A DNA stretch of 64,000 nucleotides. Source: an uncultured Poribacteria bacterium. GTDB lineage: Bacteria > Poribacteria > WGA-4E > WGA-3G. Positions 39,401-47,392 of this stretch are shown piece after piece (positions within the stretch are counted from its first letter, which is position 1; each line of letters opens with the position of its first letter). The notes beneath the pieces are model-generated. The model had not been told where the DNA came from, did no database searches, and worked only from the letters and a program-made list of their open reading frames with translations. The stretch is taken from the NCBI GenBank assembly GCA_958295855.1, contig OY282383.1, positions 183,178-247,177 of the forward strand. Reading direction: 5' to 3'. The position numbers and the translations under genes are program-made.

Positions 39401-41013
39401 TCCTCTCCGGTGCGGCGGAGTGTGCGGACGCTTTCGTCTGGCATTGTCCATTTCCCCTGCGTGCGTGCTGCGGTATATCCATCAAGCGTGCGGGGTGTTC
39501 CGTCGGGTACCTCTCCATAAATAGGTAGTTCTCCCAATTTCTGATTGAGTTTGTATCTGCCGACAACGCCGAGGTCGTAGCGTTGTGGGTCGAAGAGTAG
39601 CCAATCGAGTTGTCGTTGTGCATTCTCTAGGGTAGCGGAATCCCCCGGTCTGAGGGTTCGGAAGATCTCCAGTCGTGCGGCGTCGCCTAGGGTATGCTGG
39701 GAGGCGTATTCAGATTCCCGGTCTTTTTCAAGGGTGTTGCGTAAAAATCGGATACGTTGGCAATCCTCTGGATGGAGGACGGTGAGTGCTTGGATGCCGG
39801 CTTCGGTGAGGCGGTCCAACTCAGTCTGGGTGAGTAGGGTATTGGCTGTGATGAGGCATTCACCAGTGTCGGGTGAAATGACTGGTTCAGCACAGACGCG
39901 CTCGACCTGGTTCTGAATATCCGTGGGTTGCAGGGGTGTAGCCGTAAACATTGCGTCTCCGTCATGGTAACCGTATCTGGCTCTCGCTTCTAGGTATTCG
40001 GCTTGGGTTAAGATTTGCCCGGGAGTCAACTCACATCCGGAGTTTTGAATAGCCAGGATGCGGTGGAGAGGTTCGGTCTGAAAGCCCTTGGATTTTCTGC
40101 GGGAGCTTGCGCGTTCTTTCTCGGTTATAATTTGTCCCTGCTCCAAGGGGCAGTCTGCGTCTGTGACTTCGGTAACGCGATGGCATTTTTCGGTGTCAAT
40201 CCCGTTATATTGCTTGCGTGCGTGCCTCAGTTCAGTGCTCGTTAGCAGTTGCCCGGGCGTGAGGGGACATTTGGCAAGGGAGACTTCTGTGACGCGCCAG
40301 CCTTGAAGTACGAGGCGTTCGGTTTTGGCATAAAGTTTCAAGATGTCGGCATCAGTTTCCCAGCCGAGGGCGCGGAGGAGTACGGTTGCTGGGAGTTTCT
40401 TGCGCTTGTCCATGCGGACATAGATTTGCTCCTTGGTATCCACCTCAAACTCTACCCATGCGCCGCGGTAAGGGATAATTTGTGCTGTGGGGCTTCGTTC
40501 GGTTGTCAAAGCTTTGTCTTTGGCACTCTCGAGGAAGATAACGCCCGGTGAGCGATGCAACTGACTGACTATGACTCTTTCGCTGCCATTAATAATAAAA
40601 CTTCCGCTCTCCGTCATCAATGGGACTTCTCCGAGATAGACGTCGGATTCTCGGATATCGACGACGTGGGGTTCGGTTGCATCCGGGTCTGCCTCGCGTA
40701 TGACGAGCATGACGCGTGCAGTAAGGGATACCTGATAACTCATCCCGCGTGCGACGCATTCTTGTAAGGTATATTTCGGCGTACCCAGGGAGTAGTGGAC
40801 AAATTCAAGGGTGTTGACTTCTGAGAAGTCCCGGATAGGGAACACCTCACGAAAAACGGCTTCAAGCCCATAATTTTCGCGTTTTTGGCCCTTGGTGGGT
40901 TCGACATGTCGCTGTAAGAAGTCTGCATAAGCTCGCTGTTGGGTTTCTATAAGATTCGGAAGCGGGGTTTGAACCTGTGTTTTGGCAAAAGAGATCCTGG
41001 GTTGTTTGTTCAC
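36463..41013 (-). CDS. rpoB: DNA-directed RNA polymerase subunit beta with lineage-specific insertions (BBM2/SBHM-like repeats in the N-terminal third; low-complexity tandem repeat in the SI2 region)
   Basis: ORF 36463..41166. Start moved to the GTG at 41011-41013 (AAGGAGA 7 nt upstream) because the ORF's upstream extension runs through a repeat element. Canonical beta blocks present, for example GDKMAGRYGNKGVVAKI. Confidence 0.9.
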   Translation of the reverse strand: MNKQPRISFAKTQVQTPLPNLIETQQRAYADFLQRHVEPTKGQKRENYGLEAVFREVFPIRDFSEVNTLEFVHYSLGTPKYTLQECVARGMSYQVSLTARVMLVIREADPDATEPHVVDIRESDVYLGEVPLMTESGSFIINGSERVIVSQLHRSPGVIFLESAKDKALTTERSPTAQIIPYRGAWVEFEVDTKEQIYVRMDKRKKLPATVLLRALGWETDADILKLYAKTERLVLQGWRVTEVSLAKCPLTPGQLLTSTELRHARKQYNGIDTEKCHRVTEVTDADCPLEQGQIITEKERASSRRKSKGFQTEPLHRILAIQNSGCELTPGQILTQAEYLEARARYGYHDGDAMFTATPLQPTDIQNQVERVCAEPVISPDTGECLITANTLLTQTELDRLTEAGIQALTVLHPEDCQRIRFLRNTLEKDRESEYASQHTLGDAARLEIFRTLRPGDSATLENAQRQLDWLLFDPQRYDLGVVGRYKLNQKLGELPIYGEVPDGTPRTLDGYTAARTQGKWTMPDESVRTLRRTGEDITATLAYLIQVQNKLVPKDDQDNLENRRVRVIGELLENQFRMGLFQIRRTTRERLSAVDILKDRAKATPGALVNPKPLMMALREFFGSNQLSQFMQQINPLDELTHKRRISAIGPGGLHRDRATAAVRDVHETHFGRVCPLETPEGPSIGLIVSLATFARVNRYGFLETPYQVIVEGKLTDRIEYLTADAELGCTIASADAFHKAGKKNRHGYSVRAMRRWNDAKEGDVIEFKETKSTEIDYVGIAPQQIVGVSASLVPFLEHEDANRALMGANHQRQAVPLIRPEAPLVATGMETRAALDSGALRTAIRSGTVASISADEILIHTGEVLHTDTGEHGFSEMGYDQYKLQTFKRSNSGTCIHQHPIVSVGDKVQAGDVIADGTSTDGGELALGRNILCAYMPWGGHNYEDSILISETLIRKDTFTSIHIEEVEVEARETKVGPEEITRDIPNMSEQRLLQLDEEGIIRVGSVVSAGSILVGKITPKGESEYGPEEKLLHAIFGEKARDVRDASTYIRPGVEGIVIDVKVFSRKPDGLQRRGGWTRSETGASRIEELRYESKRKQSEETWRTHIASIRHRKDEEIRNMLLGCELALPVVAQVRHDGEKGEEAKGQGGKQSGEHTNAEAILLVAHDGKPGGKQSSEEAKGQGGNSEQSAAPTSFAAGDTVTAELLDTPGIALSSVCVTDAAAMEHIRRVEEMAQGRIAAYTEEKERALKQLEMGDELKPGVIKRVKVYIASKRPISVGDKMAGRYGNKGVVAKILPAEDMPYMPDGTPVEIVLNPLGVPSRMNVAQILEIHLGWACHALGIRAESPVFDGATETEIFELLGKTNLPERSKKTGKSVLYDGRTGEPFAQEVTVGYVYFLKLNHLVADKMHARSTGPYSLVTQQPLGGKAQHGGQRLGEMEVWALEAYGAAHTLQEMLTLKSDDVAGRSEIYESIVKGLNPNPPGTPESFNVLVRELQSLGLNVTLNRDSDL

Positions 41014-41039
41014 TTGATGCGGTCTCCTTTTGGTACCGG

Positions 41040-41739
41040 ACTCTGGTGGTGGGCAGGCACAAGGCACTGCCCGTACGGCGCAATGAAATCCCGAGAATAA
41101 AAAAGTTGTTTGCTTTTCGCGCACAACTTGGCTTGCAAGCTTCGCCAAAAAGTGGTGGGCAGGCACAAGGCACTGCCCCTACGGACGCGCCGCCTTTTAA
41201 CCTATTGGCAATAGCATAACAGAATATTATACACTATAATTAGGGGAAAGTCAAGAAAAAATGCATTTTTGTTATTCCTTGCGGAGTAATCAGCATAAGT
41301 AAGAAATAAAAAAGTTGTTCATAAAAATTCACAACTTGGTATGAAACCCCTGCAAAGCAGGGGCAAATACCATTGGCAAGACACATCCAGCAATGCACTG
41401 TAGCTCTCGTTGGAGGTTTCTTATGCAACCTTTCGGGCCAATGGCTGCCCGCCCACCCGTTTCCGTATTGTGGCTAAAAAAGGGGGTGCTTGTTTTTGAC
41501 GTTAATCAAGCTAGGGCATTTAGTTTTCAGTAGTTTTGAGTAAGGGGCGTGGTTGGGTGAGGATTAAGAATTTTCGTCTATGCCTAGTATTTTGATTGGA
41601 TTATGTGGTGTTAATGGCATTGGAGCTCTCGTCGGAGGTTTTGGTCTATGTCTAGTATAATGTGGTATAAAGGTTGACACACCACGTTAACTTGGTATAC
41701 TGTATTAAGGTACGGAAACCCCGTGCTACGGGAGACAAA
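41040..41739. repeat. Repeat-dense intergenic region (GGGCAGGCACAAGGCACTGCCC x2, palindromic element, CCCGCCCACCCGTTTCCG, GGGCATTTAGTTTTCAG, and others)
   Basis: Module families shared with other intergenic regions. Confidence 0.8.
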
Positions 41740-42270
41740 ATGGGAACAATTACAGTACCAGCACCTGTCAAAGCTATCATCGGTGTGTTGACAGGGGACG
41801 CGCTTCTTCTGCCAACTGTCTATCAGGAATTGACAGCTCAGCTCGGGCACATTGACTTCACGAGTGAACTTTTGCCTTTCACCAGCACAACCTATTATGA
41901 AGCTGAGATGGGACGAGGGCTCCAACGGCAGTTTATTAGCTTTGAAAGGCTCATCGATGCAGGGACATTGGCAGAGATGAAACTGTTTACAAATCAGGTG
42001 GAGCAGGCGTTTGCAGAAGAGAAAACCTCGCGACGGCGCGTCAATTTAGATGCAGGTTATGTGTGCTCAGCGAAGTTGGTACTCGCCTCAACGAAAGATC
42101 ACGCGCACCGTATCTACCTCCGCGCCGGTATCTATGCGGAAATGACGCTCCGATTCTATCGCAAAACCTTCCAACCGTGGGAATGGAGTTATCCTGACTA
42201 CCGTTCCCCGGACTACATCGCTATTTTTAATCACATTCGCACAATCTATAGGGAGCAACTCAACGCATGA
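41740..42270 (+). CDS. Hypothetical protein (possibly DUF4416-like)
   Basis: ORF 41674..42270. Start moved to MGTITVPAP (AAAATG). The stop overlaps the next gene's ATG (ATGA). Confidence 0.35.
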   Translation: MGTITVPAPVKAIIGVLTGDALLLPTVYQELTAQLGHIDFTSELLPFTSTTYYEAEMGRGLQRQFISFERLIDAGTLAEMKLFTNQVEQAFAEEKTSRRRVNLDAGYVCSAKLVLASTKDHAHRIYLRAGIYAEMTLRFYRKTFQPWEWSYPDYRSPDYIAIFNHIRTIYREQLNA

Positions 42271-43574
42271 ACAGATATTATGAGAGAAACCTCACCGCTA
42301 GTCCCAGTGACTCGGCTGGAAGACAAGAAGGGTGGAAGAAGGGAAAAAACACCGCCCCCCAACCTTACTGTCTTCCATACTGTCTGCCATTTTTCCAATC
42401 TTCAAAAATACTAGTCTGTTGCATCATTTGTGCTTTTTGGTTAGTGGTATTTACCCCTGCTTTGCAGGGGCAGATACCCGGTCAAGGTTTTGCCGGGGCG
42501 CAATCGACTGAGTCACCCCGAGCGCGGGCGCGCGAGCTCGGCATCTATATCGGGAGCCTTCCTACCGGTGAGTACAACGCAATCACCGACGTGCCCGGGG
42601 TCAAAGTAGGACACGTCACCCTGAAGCAGGGGGAGTCAATTCGCACTGGTGTCACCGCTATCCTTCCGCGCGATGATATTTGGGAAGCGCGTCTGTTTGG
42701 CGCAGCACATACCATTCATGGCAACGGTGAAGCCACCGGCATCGCCCGAATTAATCAAGCCGGGTGGATTGAGTCCCCGATTTTGTTGACAAATACCCTG
42801 AGTGTCGGGGCTGTTCACGATGGTGTTGTCCGGTACATTGTCAAGCGGTATCCGGACAATAACATTGTGCTGCCGATTGTGGCAGAGTGTTACGATGGCG
42901 GCTTGAACGACATCAGCGGGCTCCATGTAACTGCACAGCATGCCATTGAATCCATTGAGAACGCCACCTCCGGTAAGGTAGCAGAGGGCAGTGTAGGCGG
43001 CGGTACAGGTATGCGATGCTACGGGTTCAAAGCCGGTATCGGTACTGCCTCGCGGGTACTCCCACCAAACAGGGGCGGATGGAAAGTCGGGGTACTCGTC
43101 AACGCAAACGGCGGACGACGACATCAGTTACGCATTGATGGCGTGCCGGTGGGTAAGGTACTTGATGATGCCCAGCAGAACCCAGGCAGGGACGGCTCGT
43201 TTATCATCGTTATCGCGACGAACGCGCCGTTAACGCATCGGCAGTTGAAACAGCTGGCGATGCGTGCAACGCACGGCCTCGCCCGCACAGGCACACCAAG
43301 CACAGATGGCAGTGGTGAGTTCGTTATCGCGTTTTCTACCGCCAATATTTTTCCACGCGGCACAGAAACAGGTACCTTTCACATCCAGATGGTAGTCAAC
43401 TCACGCTTGAATTCTCTCTTTCAAGCTGTCATTGAGGCAACAGAGGAGGCTATTGTGAATTCAATGACGATGGCAACCACAACCACTGGCCGCAACGGCA
43501 GAACAATGCACGCGATTCCATTGGATGGGTTGCAACAGGTGATGCAGCAGTTTTCGTCATTCCTTGCGGAGTAA
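42267..43574 (+). CDS. Peptidase family S58 / P1 (DmpA-like L-aminopeptidase / D-Ala esterase-amidase family)
   Basis: 435 aa with a DmpA/ArgJ-like fold signature. A palindromic element sits inside the N-terminal hydrophobic region. The C-terminal FSSFLAE* is encoded by a repeat module. Confidence 0.55.
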   Translation: MNRYYERNLTASPSDSAGRQEGWKKGKNTAPQPYCLPYCLPFFQSSKILVCCIICAFWLVVFTPALQGQIPGQGFAGAQSTESPRARARELGIYIGSLPTGEYNAITDVPGVKVGHVTLKQGESIRTGVTAILPRDDIWEARLFGAAHTIHGNGEATGIARINQAGWIESPILLTNTLSVGAVHDGVVRYIVKRYPDNNIVLPIVAECYDGGLNDISGLHVTAQHAIESIENATSGKVAEGSVGGGTGMRCYGFKAGIGTASRVLPPNRGGWKVGVLVNANGGRRHQLRIDGVPVGKVLDDAQQNPGRDGSFIIVIATNAPLTHRQLKQLAMRATHGLARTGTPSTDGSGEFVIAFSTANIFPRGTETGTFHIQMVVNSRLNSLFQAVIEATEEAIVNSMTMATTTTGRNGRTMHAIPLDGLQQVMQQFSSFLAE

Positions 43575-43826
43575 TCAGCATGGGTATGAAACCCCTGCTT
43601 TGCAGGGGCAAATACCATTGGCAGGATAGTTCTGACGGGCAGGCACAAGGCACTGCCCCTACAGTAGATCTCGTCGGAGGTTTCTGATGCAAGTTTTTTA
43701 ATGCTTAATTAGCAGGGAACACACTACAACTCATGTCGGAGGTTTCTGACGCAATGTTCGTAGGGGTGGTGCCTTGTGCCTACCCACATACTGGAGTATA
43801 TCGCGATTCGGACATCGCTCCTACGT
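43555..43826. repeat. Intergenic mosaic (TTTTCGTCATTCCTTGCGGAGTAATCAG, palindromic element, GGGCAGGCACAAGGCACTGCCCCTACAG x2, GATTCGGACATCGCTCCTACG)
   Basis: Module families shared across the window. Confidence 0.85.
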
Positions 43827-45953
43827 CTACCTCTGTCCGCCGGGGGCAAGTGCCGCCGGTACCACCTCATGATGTGAAAACTCAAGCGTGAACGCCCCGC
43901 GCCCCTGCGTCATTGAGCGGAGCTGGGTTGTATATTGGAACGTTTTTGCTAACGGGATAAAAGCACTGACAAAGTTGAACGCACCTTGCGTACCGCTTTC
44001 GTTAATCTGGGCGCGGCGTGCATTCAGGTCGCCGATAACCTTTCCGACGTGTTCATCTGGTGCCGTGATATGTATCCGCATAATCGGTTCAAGGAGCAGG
44101 GGTTTCGCCGTTCTGACCGCGTTTTCAAAGGCGAGCACAGCCGCCGCCTCAAAGGCGACTTCTGAGGAATCTGTTGAATGACAGGAACCACCGGTGAGCG
44201 TTACCTTGATGTCTTGCAGTGGGTATCCGATGAGCGCACCGCTTCCCATCGCACCTTTGAGCGCGTTCTGAATGGCAGGAATGTATTGCCGTGGAATCTG
44301 CGTCTCATCCGTCTCATCCGCAAACTGAAACCCGCCGTCTCGTTCCAATGGGGCAACAGTGAGTACCACATCGCCATAAATGCCTTCCTCATCTGTTTTA
44401 TGGATGTGTGTGCCTCGCGCTTCAGCAGGCGTGCTGATAGTCTCCCGATATGCCACCTGTAGTTTGCTCACGCGCGCGTTCACACCAAACTCGCGGCGCA
44501 TCCGGTCGGTGAGAATTTCTAGGTGGAGTTCGCCCATCCCAGAGATAATCCGTTGCCCCGTCTCTTTATCAATACCGACGGTGAACGTCGGGTCTTCGTC
44601 CATTAATTTTTGGAGTGTCTCCTCCAGTGTGTCTGCATCACTGGCGCGTTCAGGTTCAATTGCGATGGAGATAACGGGCTGTGGAAAAGTGATGGATTCT
44701 AACAGGATAGGATGCTTCGCATCTGCCAATGTATCGCCTGTTTTCGTATCCCGAAGCCCGACGAGGGCAACGATGTCTCCTGCGTAAGCGGCATCACAAA
44801 CCGCCTCTTTGTTGGCATGCATCTGTAGAATGCGGTTCACCCGCTCCCGTTTGCCGGAACCGACGTTATAGATGACTTCCCCACGTTTCAGGGTGCCTGA
44901 ATAGATACGGCAATAGACCAGTTTGTCCACAGTGGGGTGGCTTGCGACTTTAAAGGCTAACGCTGCAAACGGGGCAGTATCATCTGAGTAGCGGGTGGTA
45001 TTTGCCCCCGCTTTGCGGGGCAGATTCTTGGTGGCTTTATTGTGGCTGGAGGTTGTTCTCACAGAAGAGGTATTTGGCACTTCACCTTCAATTGGGGGTA
45101 GGTCGACAGGCGAAGGCAGAAAATCAATGATTGCATCAAGCAGGGGTTGAACGCCCCGATTTTTGAGGGAACTTCCGCATAATACAGGGACTAACGTTCC
45201 CTTCAAAGTAGCAGTACGAATGCCTGCCACTAACTCGGCGGAGGTTATCTCCTGGCCCTCCAAGTATTTTTCAAGCAACGCGTCCTCTTCAACAACGACG
45301 CTCTCAAAAAGGGTTTCTCGGGCGAGTGCCACTTCGGCGTGAAACTCATGTGGAATTTCGGATTCTTGATAGGTCTGCCCGAGGTTTGCCGCATCCCAAT
45401 GCATCGCCTTCTGTCTTACCAGGTCAACAACCCCTGCGAAATCGGTTCCCTCACCAATTGGCAATTGGAGGGGCACCGGATTGGTGCCGAGTCGCTCCTT
45501 CATCATCTCAAGCACGCGAACGAAATTGGCACCGACCCTATCCATCTTATTGACGAAGATGATGCGCGGTACATCGTAGCGTTCAGCTTGATGCCAGACA
45601 GTTTCTGACTGTGGCTCCACACCGCCAACAGCACAAAAAAGTGCAACAGCACCATCTAACACGCGCAAGGAACGTTCCACTTCTACTGTGAAATCGACAT
45701 GGCCGGGCGTATCAATCAGGTGAATCGCGTGTTCTCTCCAGAAACAGGTTGTTGCGGCGGCGGTAATCGTCACCCCGCGTTCTCGTTCTTGCGCCATCCA
45801 ATCCATTTCTGCAGTGCCGTCATCTACTGCACCAATCTTATGCTTTTTGCCAGTATAGAAGAGAATTCGTTCGGTTGTGGTTGTTTTGCCTGCATCGATG
45901 TGCGCTGTAATACCGATGTTGCGCACGTTTTCAATAGAATATTCGCGTGCCAT
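43827..45953 (-). CDS. fusA: Elongation factor G (fusA-type; could be a paralog, as no rpsL/rpsG precede it)
   Basis: 708 aa with canonical G-domain motifs: [21 protein letters not shown]. Carries an in-frame insertion from a palindromic element in the G' region. Confidence 0.9.
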   Translation of the reverse strand: MAREYSIENVRNIGITAHIDAGKTTTTERILFYTGKKHKIGAVDDGTAEMDWMAQERERGVTITAAATTCFWREHAIHLIDTPGHVDFTVEVERSLRVLDGAVALFCAVGGVEPQSETVWHQAERYDVPRIIFVNKMDRVGANFVRVLEMMKERLGTNPVPLQLPIGEGTDFAGVVDLVRQKAMHWDAANLGQTYQESEIPHEFHAEVALARETLFESVVVEEDALLEKYLEGQEITSAELVAGIRTATLKGTLVPVLCGSSLKNRGVQPLLDAIIDFLPSPVDLPPIEGEVPNTSSVRTTSSHNKATKNLPRKAGANTTRYSDDTAPFAALAFKVASHPTVDKLVYCRIYSGTLKRGEVIYNVGSGKRERVNRILQMHANKEAVCDAAYAGDIVALVGLRDTKTGDTLADAKHPILLESITFPQPVISIAIEPERASDADTLEETLQKLMDEDPTFTVGIDKETGQRIISGMGELHLEILTDRMRREFGVNARVSKLQVAYRETISTPAEARGTHIHKTDEEGIYGDVVLTVAPLERDGGFQFADETDETQIPRQYIPAIQNALKGAMGSGALIGYPLQDIKVTLTGGSCHSTDSSEVAFEAAAVLAFENAVRTAKPLLLEPIMRIHITAPDEHVGKVIGDLNARRAQINESGTQGAFNFVSAFIPLAKTFQYTTQLRSMTQGRGAFTLEFSHHEVVPAALAPGGQR

Positions 45954-46097
45954 TTTTTTGTCATTCCATTAATTGGGTTTCTGCTCCGATTTTTCCGTTG
46001 TCAAAATCGGGTTTCTTACTCATTGTAGTGTGTTCCCTGCTAATTAAGCATTAAAAAACTTGCAATTGAAAATAGTGGCAAACATCGGAGCGCGCGC
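45954..46097. repeat. Intergenic repeat modules (GGAATGACAAAAAAA SD-bearing module, CATGCGGAAAAATCGGAGCAGAAACC-like, GTTCCCTGCTAATTAAG, CCACTATTTTCAATAGTGG-like)
   Basis: Shared with 50200-50550 and 57360-57775. Confidence 0.75.
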
Positions 46098-47102
46098 CTA
46101 TGGGTCGTTATGCCATTGCAGCACAACACCCAGTAAGTTGGGATTCCACGCCATGAGCAGTTGATATGCCTTGGGTGCGTCGTGCCCGGCCACTCGATGG
46201 CTTATCAACGGGGTAACCGTAAAGCGTTTCTGTGCGATGAGCGATAACATCAATAGACTGTCCTCTTCAAGCGTCCAGAAATTCGGTGAGGACTCTTGGC
46301 GAGGCCGAATCGAATTGTGGGCACCATAGAGAATCAGTCCTTTTTTATGCACATCGCGATAGAAGTTAACGTTCGGTGTCTCACCACGCGTACTTGCCAA
46401 CAGCACCACCCGAGCTCCCCAACCTGCCACATCTAAGGCAGTGCTAATCGCCTCGGGGTGGCCTGTTGCCTCAATGACAACTGTGGGGCCTTTGCCTTTG
46501 GTAGCGTCACCTAACTGTTCGGCGAAATTAGCATCTTCAGGGTTTAGCGTGCAGTCTGCTCCAATGCTTTTAGAGATGTCGAGGCGACAATCGGTCAGAT
46601 CTGCCGCAATGACAGGCAGTGCCCCGCTCAGCTGCGAGAGTTGCAGCGCAAGCAAGCCGATAAGTCCCTGCCCTAAAACTAATGTTGCCTCTCCCAATTC
46701 AATTTGTGCCTTGCGTACACCTTGTAATGCAATCGCGCCGAGGTTAAAAAAGACAGCTTCTTCGGCTGGTACATCCGGCGAATCCACCTTTAGTAGCCGA
46801 TTGGGGGACGTTACAAAGTGACTGGTATGTCCTTGTGTTGAGGCGACACGCTCGCCTATCTCACATTCAGTCACATGCTTTCCGACTGCTATTACCTTGC
46901 CGATGTTGCTGTAACCTGGGCGCGATGGATACCTACCTCGCGCATTGGGAAGCCCTAATAAAAATGCGCGTTCTGTGCCCGGGCTGATGAGTGTGCATTC
47001 GGTCGCGACAAGCACCTCGTCATCCGAGATCGACGGTACTTCAAACGTTTCAACCTCAACTTTGGCACGACTCGGCCAAACAACCCGTTGTCCTTTCATC
47101 AC
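46098..47102 (-). CDS. Zinc-binding alcohol dehydrogenase family (MDR superfamily) oxidoreductase
   Basis: 334 aa. GLIGL Rossmann motif and an N-terminal GroES-like domain. Confidence 0.6.
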   Translation of the reverse strand: MMKGQRVVWPSRAKVEVETFEVPSISDDEVLVATECTLISPGTERAFLLGLPNARGRYPSRPGYSNIGKVIAVGKHVTECEIGERVASTQGHTSHFVTSPNRLLKVDSPDVPAEEAVFFNLGAIALQGVRKAQIELGEATLVLGQGLIGLLALQLSQLSGALPVIAADLTDCRLDISKSIGADCTLNPEDANFAEQLGDATKGKGPTVVIEATGHPEAISTALDVAGWGARVVLLASTRGETPNVNFYRDVHKKGLILYGAHNSIRPRQESSPNFWTLEEDSLLMLSLIAQKRFTVTPLISHRVAGHDAPKAYQLLMAWNPNLLGVVLQWHNDP

Positions 47103-47275
47103 TCTTCGGACTGGCGACTCCTGCCTTTAGGTAGAAGAGGAAAGTCCGCCTCCTGTTAAATTCCCTTTTCAGCATGTGGTATTTAACTCTGCAAAGCAGG
47201 AGCAGATACCCTGTGCCGTTTTTGGGGAGTATACTACAAAAACAACTATCCTTCAAGCCCTAAATTGTACAAACG

Positions 47276-47392
47276 GGTCACGGCACGCGGAGGGCTCCTA
47301 CGACTTTGGTCACGGCACGCGGAGCGTGCCTACTACTTTGTGCCTACTACTTTTGGTCACGGCACGCGGAGCGTGCCTACTACTGTTTCCAT
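47276..47392. repeat. Tandem hairpin modules (GGTCACGGCACGCGGAGCGTGCCTACTACT x3, one degenerate) overlapping the 3' end of the DUF1156 gene
   Basis: Same family as 3611-3642 and 14592-14702. Encodes VVGTLRVP plus the stop codon. Confidence 0.85.
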
